A DNA stretch of 64,000 bases from Eledone cirrhosa. Its lineage: Eukaryota. Under the pieces are notes generated by a model. It did not search any database and was not told the origin of the DNA. It saw nothing but the letters and a program-made list of their open reading frames with translations. This document shows, piece after piece, positions 39,163 through 54,200 of this stretch. Made by a program: the position numbers and the translations under genes. The stretch's first letter is position 1; each line of letters starts with the position of its first letter. The stretch lies in the NCBI GenBank assembly GCA_964016885.1, contig CAXHJY010001692.1, forward strand, positions 1 to 64,000. Direction: 5' to 3'.

Positions 39163-39292
39163 ATGTATTTAAAACTTACATATATATTCATCATTTATTC
39201 CATACACAAAATCTTACAATGTCATGAAAGCCCATTGACATTATACAAAAATAATTGAGCAGCTTCTAATAAAATGTCAGCGAATTAGCCGA

Positions 39293-42200
39293 GTCGTTAG
39301 AACGTCCAATAGAATGACAGTCGTTAGAACGTCTAATAGAATGACAGTCGTTAGAACGTCTAATAGAATGACAGTCGTTAGAACGTCCAATAGAATGACA
39401 GTCGTTAGAACGTTCAATAGAATGACAGTCGTTAGAACGTCCAATAGAATGACAGTCGTTAGAACGTCCAATAGAATGACAGTCGTTAGAACGTCCAATA
39501 GAATGACAGTCGTTAGAACGTCCAATAGAATGACATTCGTTAGAAGGTCCAATAGAATGACAGTCGTTAGAACGTCCAATAGAATGACAGTCGTTAGAAC
39601 GTCCAATAGAATGACATTCGTTAGAAGGTCCAATAGAATGACAGTCGTTAGTACGTCCAATAGAATGACAGTCGTTAGAACGTCCAATAGAATGACAGTC
39701 GTTAGAACGTCCAATAGAATGACAGTCGTTAGAACGTCCAATAGAATGACAGTCGTTAGAACGTCCAATAGAATGACAGTCGTTAGAACGTTCAATAGAA
39801 TGACAGTCGTTAGAACGTCCAATAGAATGACAGTCGTTAGAACGTCCAATAGAATGACAGTCGTTAGAACGTCCAATAGAATGACAGTCGTTAGAACGTC
39901 CAATAGAATGACAGTCGTTAGAACGTTCAATAGAATGACAGTCGTTAGAACGTCCAATAGAATGACATTCGTTAGAAGGTCCAATAGAATGACAGTCGTT
40001 AGAACGTCCAATAGAATGACAGTCGTTAGAACTTCCAATAGAATGACAGTCGTTAGAACGTCCAATAGAATGACAGTCGTTAGAACGTTCAATAGAATGA
40101 CAGTCGTTAGAACGTCCAATAGAATGACGGACGTTAGAACGTCCAATAGAATGACAGTCGTTAGAACGTCCAATAGAATGACATTCGTTAGAAGGTCCAA
40201 TAGAATGACAGTCGTTAGAACGTCCAATAGAATGACAGTCGTTAGAACGTCCAATAGAATGACATTCGTTAGAAGGTCCAATAGAATGACAGTCGTTAGT
40301 ACGTCCAATAGAATGACAGTCGTTAGAACGTCCAATAGAATGACAGTCGTTAGAACGTCCAATAGAATGACAGTCGTTAGAACGTTCAATAGAATGACAG
40401 TCGTTAGAACGTCCAATAGAATGACAGTCGTTAGAACGTCCAATAGAATGACAGTCGTTAGAACGTCCAATAGAATGACAGTCGTTAGAACGTTCAATAG
40501 AATGACAGTCGTTAGAACGCCAATAGAATGACAGTCGTTAGAACGTCCAATAGAATGACAGTCGTTAGAACGTCCAATAGAATGACAGTCGTTAGAACGT
40601 CCAATAGAATGACAGTCGTTAGTACGTCCAATAGAATGACTGTCGTTAGAAGGTCCAATAGAATGACAGTCGTTAGAACGTTCAATAGAATGACAGTCGT
40701 TAGAACGTCCAATAGAATGACAGTCGTTAGAACGTCCAATAGAATGACAGTCGTTAGAACGTCCAATAGAATGACAGTCGTTAGAACGTCCAATAGAATG
40801 ACAGTCGTTAGAACGTTCAATAGAATGACAGTCGTTAGAACGTCCAATAGAATGACAGTCGTTAGAACGTCCAATAGAATGACAGTCGTTAGAACGTTCA
40901 ATAGAATGACAGTCGTTAGAACGTCCAATAGAATGACAGTCGTTAGAACGTCCAATAGAATGACAGTCGTTAGAACGTCCAATAGAATGACAGTCGTTAG
41001 AACGTCCAATAGAATGACAGTCGTTAGAACGTTCAATAGAATGACAGTCGTTAGAACGTCCAATAGAATGACAGTCGTTAGAACGTCCAATAGAATGACA
41101 GTCGTTAGAACGTCCAATAGAATGACAGTCGTTAGAACGTCCAATAGAATGACAGTCGTTAGAACGTCCAATAGAATGACAGTCGTTAGAACGTTCAATA
41201 GAATGACAGTCGTTAGAACGTCCAATAGAATGACAGTCGTTAGAACGTTCAATAGAATGACAGTCGTTAGAAGGTCCAATAGAATGACAGTCGTTATAAC
41301 GTTCAATAGAATGACAGTCGTTAGAACGTCCAATAGAATGACAGTCGTTAGAACGTCCAATAGAATGACAGTCGTTATAACGTTCAATAGAATGACAGTC
41401 GTTAGAACGTCTAATAGAATAACAGTCGTTAGAACGTTCATTAGAATGACAGTCGTTAGAACATTCAATAGAATGACAGTCGTTAGAACGTCGAATAGAA
41501 TGACAGTCGTTAGAACGTTCAATAGAATGACAGTCGTTAGAACGTACAATAGAATGACAGTCGTTAGAACATTCAATAGAATGACAGTCGTTAGAACGTC
41601 CAATAGAATGACAGTCGTTAGAACGTTCAATAGAATGACAGTCGTTAGAACGTACAATAGAATGACAGTCGTTAGAACATTCAATAGAATGACAGTCGTT
41701 AGAACGTCCAATAGAATGACAGTCGTTAGAACGTTCAATAGAATGACAGTCGTTAGAACGTACAATAGAATGACAGTCGTTAGAACATTCAATAGAATGA
41801 CAGTCGTTAGAACGTCCAATAGAATGACAGTCGTTAGAACGTCCAATAGAATGACAGTCGTTATAACGTTCAATAGAATGACAGTCGTTAGAAGGTCAAA
41901 TAGAATGACAGTCGTTAGAACGTCCAATAGAATGACAGTCGTTATAACGTTCAATAGAATGACAGTCGTTAGAAGGTCCAATTGAATGACAGTCGTTAGT
42001 ACGTCCAATAGAATGACAGTCGTTATAACGTTCAATAGAATGACAGTCGTTAGAACGTCAAATAGAATGACAGTCGTTAGAACGTCCAATAGAATGACAT
42101 TCGTTAGAAGGTCCAATAGAATGACAGTCGTTAGAACGTCCAATAGAATGACAGTCTTTAGAACGTCCAATAGAATGACAGTCGTAGAACGTCCGATAGA

Positions 42201-45200
42201 ATGACAGTCGTTAGAACGTCCAATAGAATGACAGTCGTTAGAACGTTCAATAGAATGACAGTCGTTAGAATGTCCAATAGAATGACAGTTGTTAGAACGT
42301 TCAATAGAATGACAGTCGTTAGAACGTTCAATAGAATGACAGTTGTTAGAACGTCCAATAGAATGACAGTCGTTAGAACGTTCAATAGAATGACAGTCGT
42401 TAGAATGTCCAATAGAATGACAGTTGTTAGAACGTTCAATAGAATGACAGTCGTTAGAACGTTCAATAGAATGACAGTCGTTAGAATGTCCAATAGAATG
42501 ACAGTTGTTAGAACGTCAAATAGAATGACAGTCGTTAGAACGTCCAATAGAATGACATTCGTTAGAAGGTCCAATAGAATGACAGTCGTTAGTACGTCCA
42601 ATAGAATGACAGTCGTTATAACGTTCAATAGAATGACAGTCGTAGAACGTCCGATAGAATGACAGTCGTTAGAACGTCCAATAGAATGACAGTCGTTAGA
42701 ACGTTCAATAGAATGACAGTCGTTAGAATGTCCAATAGAATGACAGTTGTTAGAACGTTCAATAGAATGACAGTCGTTAGAACGTTCAATAGAATGACAG
42801 TCGTTAGAACGTCCAATAGAATGACAGTCGTTAGAACGTCCAATAGAATGACAGTCGTTAGAACGTCCAATAGAATGACAGTCGTTAGAACGTCCAATAG
42901 AATGACAGTCGTTAGAACGTTCAATAGAATGACAGTCGTTAGAACGTCCAATAGAATGACATTCGTTAGAAGGTCCAATAGAATGACAGTCGTTAGAACG
43001 TCCAATAGAATGACAGTCGTTAGAACTTCCAATAGAATGACAGTCGTTAGAACGTCCAATAGAATGACAGTCGTTAGAACGTTCAATAGAATGACAGTCG
43101 TTAGAACGTCCAATAGAATGACGGACGTTAGAACGTCCAATAGAATGACAGTCGTTAGAACGTCCAATAGAATGACATTCGTTAGAAGGTCCAATAGAAT
43201 GACAGTCGTTAGAACGTCCAATAGAATGACAGTCGTTAGAACGTCCAATAGAATGACATTCGTTAGAAGGTCCAATAGAATGACAGTCGTTAGTACGTCC
43301 AATAGAATGACAGTCGTTAGAACGTCCAATAGAATGACAGTCGTTAGAACGTCCAATAGAATGACAGTCGTTAGAACGTTCAATAGAATGACAGTCGTTA
43401 GAACGTCCAATAGAATGACAGTCGTTAGAACGTCCAATAGAATGACAGTCGTTAGAACGTCCAATAGAATGACAGTCGTTAGAACGTTCAATAGAATGAC
43501 AGTCGTTAGAACGCCAATAGAATGACAGTCGTTAGAACGTCCAATAGAATGACAGTCGTTAGAACGTCCAATAGAATGACAGTCGTTAGAACGTCCAATA
43601 GAATGACAGTCGTTAGTACGTCCAATAGAATGACTGTCGTTAGAAGGTCCAATAGAATGACAGTCGTTAGAACGTTCAATAGAATGACAGTCGTTAGAAC
43701 GTCCAATAGAATGACAGTCGTTAGAACGTCCAATAGAATGACAGTCGTTAGAACGTCCAATAGAATGACAGTCGTTAGAACGTCCAATAGAATGACAGTC
43801 GTTAGAACGTTCAATAGAATGACAGTCGTTAGAACGTCCAATAGAATGACAGTCGTTAGAACGTCCAATAGAATGACAGTCGTTAGAACGTTCAATAGAA
43901 TGACAGTCGTTAGAACGTCCAATAGAATGACAGTCGTTAGAACGTCCAATAGAATGACAGTCGTTAGAACGTCCAATAGAATGACAGTCGTTAGAACGTC
44001 CAATAGAATGACAGTCGTTAGAACGTTCAATAGAATGACAGTCGTTAGAACGTCCAATAGAATGACAGTCGTTAGAACGTCCAATAGAATGACAGTCGTT
44101 AGAACGTCCAATAGAATGACAGTCGTTAGAACGTCCAATAGAATGACAGTCGTTAGAACGTCCAATAGAATGACAGTCGTTAGAACGTTCAATAGAATGA
44201 CAGTCGTTAGAACGTCCAATAGAATGACAGTCGTTAGAACGTTCAATAGAATGACAGTCGTTAGAAGGTCCAATAGAATGACAGTCGTTATAACGTTCAA
44301 TAGAATGACAGTCGTTAGAACGTCCAATAGAATGACAGTCGTTAGAACGTCCAATAGAATGACAGTCGTTATAACGTTCAATAGAATGACAGTCGTTAGA
44401 ACGTCTAATAGAATAACAGTCGTTAGAACGTTCATTAGAATGACAGTCGTTAGAACATTCAATAGAATGACAGTCGTTAGAACGTCGAATAGAATGACAG
44501 TCGTTAGAACGTTCAATAGAATGACAGTCGTTAGAACGTACAATAGAATGACAGTCGTTAGAACATTCAATAGAATGACAGTCGTTAGAACGTCCAATAG
44601 AATGACAGTCGTTAGAACGTTCAATAGAATGACAGTCGTTAGAACGTACAATAGAATGACAGTCGTTAGAACATTCAATAGAATGACAGTCGTTAGAACG
44701 TCCAATAGAATGACAGTCGTTAGAACGTTCAATAGAATGACAGTCGTTAGAACGTACAATAGAATGACAGTCGTTAGAACATTCAATAGAATGACAGTCG
44801 TTAGAACGTCCAATAGAATGACAGTCGTTAGAACGTCCAATAGAATGACAGTCGTTATAACGTTCAATAGAATGACAGTCGTTAGAAGGTCAAATAGAAT
44901 GACAGTCGTTAGAACGTCCAATAGAATGACAGTCGTTATAACGTTCAATAGAATGACAGTCGTTAGAAGGTCCAATTGAATGACAGTCGTTAGTACGTCC
45001 AATAGAATGACAGTCGTTATAACGTTCAATAGAATGACAGTCGTTAGAACGTCAAATAGAATGACAGTCGTTAGAACGTCCAATAGAATGACATTCGTTA
45101 GAAGGTCCAATAGAATGACAGTCGTTAGAACGTCCAATAGAATGACAGTCTTTAGAACGTCCAATAGAATGACAGTCGTAGAACGTCCGATAGAATGACA

Positions 45201-48200
45201 GTCGTTAGAACGTCCAATAGAATGACAGTCGTTAGAACGTTCAATAGAATGACAGTCGTTAGAATGTCCAATAGAATGACAGTTGTTAGAACGTTCAATA
45301 GAATGACAGTCGTTAGAACGTTCAATAGAATGACAGTTGTTAGAACGTCCAATAGAATGACAGTCGTTAGAACGTTCAATAGAATGACAGTCGTTAGAAT
45401 GTCCAATAGAATGACAGTTGTTAGAACGTTCAATAGAATGACAGTCGTTAGAACGTTCAATAGAATGACAGTCGTTAGAATGTCCAATAGAATGACAGTT
45501 GTTAGAACGTCAAATAGAATGACAGTCGTTAGAACGTCCAATAGAATGACATTCGTTAGAAGGTCCAATAGAATGACAGTCGTTAGTACGTCCAATAGAA
45601 TGACAGTCGTTATAACGTTCAATAGAATGACAGTCGTAGAACGTCCGATAGAATGACAGTCGTTAGAACGTCCAATAGAATGACAGTCGTTAGAACGTTC
45701 AATAGAATGACAGTCGTTAGAATGTCCAATAGAATGACAGTTGTTAGAACGTTCAATAGAATGACAGTCGTTAGAACGTTCAATAGAATGACAGTCGTTA
45801 GAATGTCCAATAGAATGACAGTTGTTAGAACGTCCAATAGAATGACAGTCGTTAGAACGTTCAATAGAATGACAGTCGTTAGAATGTCCAATAGAATGAC
45901 AGTTGTTAGAACGTTCAATAGAATGACAGTCGTTAGAACGTTCAATAGAATGACAGTCGTTAGAATGTCCAATAGAATGACAGTTGTTAGAACGTCAAAT
46001 AGAATGACAGTCGTTAGAACGTCCAATAGAATGACATTCGTTAGAAGGTCCAATAGAATGACAGTCGTTAGAAGGTCCAATAGAATGACAGTCGTTAGAA
46101 GGTCCAATAGAATGACAGTCGTTAGAACGTCAAATAGAATGACAGTCGTTAGAACGTCCAATAGAATGACAGTCGTTAGAACGTTCAATAGAATGACAGT
46201 CGTTAGAACGTTCAATAGAATGACAGTCGTTAGAACGTTCAATAGAATGACATTCGTTAAAAGGTCCAATAGAATGACAGTCGTTAGAACGTCCAATAGA
46301 ATGACAGTCGTTAGAACGTTCAATAGAATGACAGTCGTTAGAATGTCCAATAGAATGACAGTTGTTAGAACGTTCAATAGAATGACAGTCGTTAGAACGT
46401 TCAATAGAATGACAGTCGTTAGAATGTCCAATAGAATGACAGTTGTTAGAACGTCCAATAGAATGACAGTCGTTAGAACGTTCAATAGAATGACAGTCGT
46501 TAGAATGTCCAATAGAATGACAGTTGTTAGAACGTTCAATAGAATGACAGTCGTTAGAACGTTCAATAGAATGACAGTCGTTAGAATGTCCAATAGAATG
46601 ACAGTTGTTAGAACGTCAAATAGAATGACAGTCGTTAGAACGTCCAATAGAATGACATTCGTTAGAAGGTCCAATAGAATGACAGTCGTTAGTACGTCCA
46701 ATAGAATGACAGTCGTTATAACGTTCAATAGAATGACAGTCGTAGAACGTCCGATAGAATGACAGTCGTTAGAACGTCCAATAGAATGACAGTCGTTAGA
46801 ACGTTCAATAGAATGACAGTCGTTAGAATGTCCAATAGAATGACAGTTGTTAGAACGTTCAATAGAATGACAGTCGTTAGAACGTTCAATAGAATGACAG
46901 TCGTTAGAATGTCCAATAGAATGACAGTTGTTAGAACGTCCAATAGAATGACAGTCGTTAGAACGTTCAATAGAATGACAGTCGTTAGAATGTCCAATAG
47001 AATGACAGTTGTTAGAACGTTCAATAGAATGACAGTCGTTAGAACGTTCAATAGAATGACAGTCGTTAGAATGTCCAATAGAATGACAGTTGTTAGAACG
47101 TCAAATAGAATGACAGTCGTTAGAACGTCCAATAGAATGACATTCGTTAGAAGGTCCAATAGAATGACAGTCGTTAGAAGGTCCAATAGAATGACAGTCG
47201 TTAGAAGGTCCAATAGAATGACAGTCGTTAGAACGTCAAATAGAATGACAGTCGTTAGAACGTCCAATAGAATGACAGTCGTTAGAACGTTCAATAGAAT
47301 GACAGTCGTTAGAACGTTCAATAGAATGACAGTCGTTAGAACGTTCAATAGAATGACATTCGTTAGAAGGTCCAATAGAATGACAGTTGTTAGAACGTCA
47401 AATAGAATGACAGTCGTTAGAACATTCAATAGAATGACAGTCGTTAGAACGTCCAATAGAATGACAGTCGTTAGTACGTCCAATAGAATGACAGTCGTTA
47501 GAACGTTCAATAGAATGACAGTCGTTAGAACGTTCAATAGAATGACAGTCGTTAGAACGTCCAATAGAATGACAGTCGTTAGTACGTCCAATAGAATGAC
47601 AGTCGTTAGAACATTCAATAGAATGACAGTCGTTAGAACGTTCAATAGAATGACAGTCGTTAGAACGTTCAATAGAATGACAGTCGTTAGTACGTCCAAT
47701 AGAATGACAGTCGTTAGAACGTTCAATAGAATGACAGTCGTTAGAACGTACAATAGAATGACAGTCGTTAGAACATTCAATAGAATGACAGTCGTTAGAA
47801 CGTCCAATAGAATGACAGTCGTTAGAACGTCCAATAGAATGACAGTCGTTATAACGTTCAATAGAATGACAGTCGTTATAACGTTCAATAGAATGACAGT
47901 CGTTAGAAGGTCAAATAGAATGACAGTCGTTAGAACGTCCAATAGAATGACAGTCGTTATAACGTTCAATAGAATGACAGTCGTTAGAAGGTCCAATTGA
48001 ATGACAGTCGTTAGTACGTCCAATAGAATGACAGTCGTTATAACGTTCAATAGAATGACAGTCGTTAGAACGTCAAATAGAATGACAGTCGTTAGAACGT
48101 CCAATAGAATGACATTCGTTAGAAGGTCCAATAGAATGACAGTCGTTAGAACGTCCAATAGAATGACAGTCTTTAGAACGTCCAATAGAATGACAGTCGT

Positions 48201-51200
48201 AGAACGTCCGATAGAATGACAGTCGTTAGAACGTCCAATAGAATGACAGTCGTTAGAACGTTCAATAGAATGACAGTCGTTAGAATGTCCAATAGAATGA
48301 CAGTTGTTAGAACGTTCAATAGAATGACAGTCGTTAGAACGTTCAATAGAATGACAGTCGTTAGAATGTCCAATAGAATGACAGTTGTTAGAACGTCCAA
48401 TAGAATGACAGTCGTTAGAACGTTCAATAGAATGACAGTCGTTAGAATGTCCAATAGAATGACAGTTGTTAGAACGTTCAATAGAATGACAGTCGTTAGA
48501 ACGTTCAATAGAATGACAGTCGTTAGAATGTCCAATAGAATGACAGTTGTTAGAACGTCAAATAGAATGACAGTCGTTAGAACGTCCAATAGAATGACAT
48601 TCGTTAGAAGGTCCAATAGAATGACAGTCGTTAGTACGTCCAATAGAATGACAGTCGTTATAACGTTCAATAGAATGACAGTCGTAGAACGTCCGATAGA
48701 ATGACAGTCGTTAGAACGTCCAATAGAATGACAGTCGTTAGAACGTTCAATAGAATGACAGTCGTTAGAATGTCCAATAGAATGACAGTTGTTAGAACGT
48801 TCAATAGAATGACAGTCGTTAGAACGTTCAATAGAATGACAGTCGTTAGAATGTCCAATAGAATGACAGTTGTTAGAACGTCCAATAGAATGACAGTCGT
48901 TAGAACGTTCAATAGAATGACAGTCGTTAGAATGTCCAATAGAATGACAGTTGTTAGAACGTTCAATAGAATGACAGTCGTTAGAACGTTCAATAGAATG
49001 ACAGTCGTTAGAATGTCCAATAGAATGACAGTTGTTAGAACGTTCAATAGAATGACAGTCGTTAGAACGTCCAATAGAATGACAGTCGTTAGAATGTCCA
49101 ATAGAATGACAGTTGTTAGAACGTCAAATAGAATGACAGTCGTTAGAACGTCCAATAGAATGACATTCGTTAGAAGGTCCAATAGAATGACAGTCGTTAG
49201 AACGTCAAATAGAATGACAGTCGTTAGAACGTCCAATAGAATGACATTCGTTAGAAGGTCCAATAGAATGACAGTTGTTAGAACGTCAAATAGAATGACA
49301 GTCGTTAGAACGTCCAATAGAATGACATTCGTTAGAAGGTCCAATAGAATGACAGTTGTTAGAACGTCAAATAGAATGACAGTCGTTAGAACGTCCAATA
49401 GAATGACAGTCGTTAGAACGTCCAATAGAATGACATTCGTTAGAATGTCCAATAGAATGACAGTCGTTAGTACGTCCAATAGAATGACAGTCGTTAGAAC
49501 GTCCAATAGAATGACAGTCGTTAGAAGGTCCAATAGAATGACAGTCGTTAGTACGTCCAATAGAATGACAGTCGTTATAACGTTCAATAGAATGACAGTC
49601 GTAGAACGTCCGATAGAATGACAGTCGTTAGAACGTCCAATAGAATGACAGTCGTTAGAACGTTCAATAGAATGACAGTCGTTAGAATGTCCAATAGAAT
49701 GACAGTTGTTAGAACGTTCAATAGAATGACAGTCGTTAGAACGTTCAATAGAATGACAGTCGTTAGAATGTCCAATAGAATGACAGTTGTTAGAACGTCC
49801 AATAGAATGACAGTCGTTAGAACGTTCAATAGAATGACAGTCGTTAGAACGTCCAGTAGAATGACAGTCGTTATAACGTTCAATAGAATGACAGTCGTTA
49901 GAAGGTCCAATAGAATGACAGTCGTTAGAATGTCCAATAGAATGACAGTCGTTAGAATGTCCAATAGAATGACAGTCGTTAGAATGTCCAATAGAATGAC
50001 AGTCGTTAGAACGTCCAGTAGAATGACAGTCGTTATAACGTTCAATAGAATGACAGTCGTTAGAAGGTCCAATAGAATGACAGTCGTTAGAACGTCCAAT
50101 AGAATGACAGTCGTTAGAAGGTCCAATAGAATGACAGTCGTTAGAACGTCCAATAGAATGACAGTCGTTAGAACGTTCAATAGAATGACAGTCGTTAGAA
50201 CGTCCAATAGAATGACAGTCGTTAGAACGTTCAATAGAATGACAGTCGTTAGAACGTCCAATAGAATGACAGTCGTTACTACGTCCAATAGAATGACAGT
50301 CGTTAGAACGTCCAATAGAATGACAGTCGTTATAACGTTCCACAGAATGACAGTCGTTAGAAGGTCCAATAGAATGACAGTCGTTAGAACGTCCAATAGA
50401 ATGACAGTCGTTAGAACGTCCAATAGAATGACAGTCGTTAGAACGTTCAATAGAATGACAGTCGTTAGAACGTTCAATAGAATGACAGTCGTTAGAACGT
50501 CCAATAGAATGACAGTCTTTAGAACGTCCAATAGAATGACAGTCGTTAGAACGTCCAATAGAATGACAGTCGTTATAACGTTCAATAGAATGACAGTCGT
50601 TAGAAGGTCCAATAGAATGACAGTCGTTAGAACGTCCAATAGAATGACAGTCGTTAGAACGTCCAATAGAATGACAGTCGTTAGAACGTTCAATAGAATG
50701 ACAGTCGTTAGAACGTTCAATAGAATGACAGTCTTTAGAACGTCCAATAGAATGACAGTCGTTAGAACGTCCAATAGAATGACAGTCGTTAGAACGTCCA
50801 ATAGAATGACAGTCGTTAGAACGTTCAATAGAATGACAGTCGTTAGAAGGTCCAATAGAATGACAGTCGTTAGAACGTTCAATAGAATGACAGTCGTTAG
50901 AACGTCCAATAGAATGACATTCGTTAGAACGTTCAATATAATGACAGTCGTTAGAACGTCCAATAGAATGACAGTCGTTATAACGTTCAATAGAATGACA
51001 GTCGTTAGAAGGTCCAATAGAATGACAGTCGTTAGAACGTCCAATAGAATGACAGTCGTTAGAACGTCCAATAGAATGACAGTCGTTAGAACGTTCAATA
51101 GAATGACAGTCGTTAGAACGTTCAATAGAATGACAGTCTTTAGAACGTCCAATAGAATGACAGTCGTTAGAACGTTCAATAGAATGACAGTCGTTAGAAC

Positions 51201-54200
51201 GTCCAATAGAATGACAGTCGTTAGAACGTCCAATAGAATGACAGTCGTTAGAACGTCCAATAGAATGACAGTCGTTAGAACGTCCAATAGAATGACAGTC
51301 GTTAGAACGTCCAATAGAATGACATTCGTTAGAACGTTCAATATAATGACAGTCGTTAGAATGTCCAATAGAATGACAGTTGTTAGAACGTCCAATAGAA
51401 TGACAGTCGTTATAACGTTCAATAGAATGACAGTCGTTAGAACGTCCAATAGAATGACAGTCGTTAGAACGTCCAATAGAATGACAGTCGTTAGAACGTC
51501 CAATAGAATGACAGTCGTTAGAACTTTCAATAGAATGACAGTCGTTAGAACGTACAATAGAATGACAGTCGTTAGAACATTCAATAGAATGACAGTCGTT
51601 AGAACGTCCAATAGAATGACAGTCGTTACTACGTCCAATAGAATGACAGTCGTTAGAACGTCCAATAGAATGACAGTCGTTAGAACGTTCAATAGAATGA
51701 CAGTCGTTAGAACGTCCAATAGAATGACAGTCGTTATAACGTTCAATAGAATGACAGTCGTTAGAACGTCCAATAGAATGACAGTCGTTAGAACGTTCAA
51801 TAGAATGACAGTCGTTAGAACGTCCAATAGAATGACAGTCGTTAGAACTTTCAATAGAATGACAGTCGTTAGAACGTACAATAGAATGACAGTCGTTAGA
51901 ACATTCAATAGAATGACAGTCGTTAGAACGTCCAATAGAATGACAGTCGTTACTACGTCCAATAGAATGACAGTCGTTAGAACGTCCAATAGAATGACAG
52001 TCGTTAGAACGTCCAATAGAATGACAGTCGTTAGAACGTCCAATAGAATGACAGTCGTTAGAACGTCCAATAGAATGACAGTCGTTAGAACGTCCAATAG
52101 AATGACAGTCGTTAGAACGTACAATAGAATGACAGTCGTTAGAACATTCAATAGAATGACAGTCGTTAGAACGTCCAATAGAATGACAGTCGTTACTACG
52201 TCCAATAGAATGACAGTCGTTAGAACGTCCAATAGAATGACAGTCGTTAGAACGTTCAATAGAATGACAGTCGTTAGAACGTCCAATAGAATGACAGTCG
52301 TTACTACGTCCAATAGAATGACAGTCGTTAGAACGTCCAATAGAATGACAGTCGTTACTACGTCCAATAGAATGACAGTCGTTAGAACGTTCAATAGAAT
52401 GACAGTCGTTAGAACGTCCAATAGAATGACAGTCGTTAGAACGTCCAATAGAATGACAGTCGTTACTACGTCCAATAGAATGACAGTCGTTAGAACGTCC
52501 AATAGAATGACAGTCGTTACTACGTCCAATAGAATGACAGTCGTTAGAACGTCCAATAGAATGACAGTCGTTACTACGTCCAATAGAATGACAGTCGTTA
52601 CTACGTCCAATAGAATGACAGTCGTTAGAACGTCCAATAGAATGACAGTCGTTAGAACGTCCAATAGAATGACAGTCGTTACTACGTTCAATAGAATGAC
52701 AGTCGTTAGAAGGTCCAATTGAATGACAGTCGTTAGAACGTCCAATAGAATGACAGTCGTTAGAACGTTCAATAGAATGACAGTCGTTAGAACGTCCAAT
52801 AGAATGACAGTCGTTAGAAGGTCCAATAGAATGACATTCGTTAGAAGGTCCAATAGAATGACAGTCGTTAGAACCTCCAATAGAATGACAGTCGTTAGAA
52901 CGTCCAATAGAATGACAGTCGTTAGAACGTCCAATAGAATGACAGTCGTTAGAACGTTCAATAGAATGACAGTCGTTAGAACCTCCAATAGAATGACAGT
53001 CGTTAGAACGTCCAATAGAATGACAGTCGTTAGAACGTTCAATAGAATGACAGTCGTTATAACGTTCAATAGAATGACAGTCGTTAGAACCTCCAATAGA
53101 ATGACAGTCGTTAGAACGTCCAATAGAATGACAGTCGTTAGAACGTCCAATAGAATGACAGTCGTTAGAACGTTCAATAGAATGACAGTCGTTAGAACCT
53201 CCAATAGAATGACAGTCGTTAGAACGTCCAATAGAATGACAGTCGTTAGAACGTCCAATAGAATGACAGTCGTTATAACGTTCAATAGAATGACAGTCGT
53301 TAGAACCTCCAATAGAATGACAGTCGTTAGAACGTCCAATAGAATGACAGTCGTTAGAACGTCCAATAGAATGACAGTCGTTAGAACGTCCAATAGAATG
53401 ACAGTCGTTACTACGTTCAATAGAATGACAGTCGTTAGAAGGTCCAATTGAATGACAGTCGTTAGAACGTCCAATAGAATTACAGTCGTTAGAACGTCCA
53501 ATAGAATGACAGTCGTTAGAACGTCCAATAGAATGACAGTCGTTAGAACGTCCAATAGAATGACAGTCGTTAGAACGTCCAATAGAATGACAGTCGTTAC
53601 TACGTTCAATAGAATGACAGTCGTTAGAAGGTCCAATTGAATGACAGTCGTTAGAACGTCCAATAGAATGACAGTCGTTAGAACGTCCAATAGAATGACA
53701 GTCGTTAGAACGTCCAATAGAATGACAGTCGTTACTACGTCCAATAGAATGACAGTCGTTAGAAGGTCCAATAGAATGACAGTCGTTAGAACGTCCAATA
53801 GAATGACAGTCGTTAGAACGTCCAATAGAATGACAGTCGTTAGAACGTCCAATAGAATGACAGTCGTTAGAACGTCCAATAGAATGACAGTCGTTACTAC
53901 GTTCAATAGAATGACAGTCGTTAGAAGGTCCAATAGAATGACAGTCGTTAGAACGTCCAATAGAATGACAGTCGTTACTACGTTCAATAGAATGACAGTC
54001 GTTAGAAGGTCCAATAGAATGACAGTCGTTAGAACGTCCAATAGAATGACAGTCGTTACTACGTTCAATAGAATGACAGTCGTTAGAAGGTCCAATAGAA
54101 TGACAGTCGTTAGAACGTCCAATAGAATGACAGTCGTTACTACGTTCAATAGAATGACAGTCGTTAGAAGGTCCAATAGAATTACAGTCGTTAGAACGTC

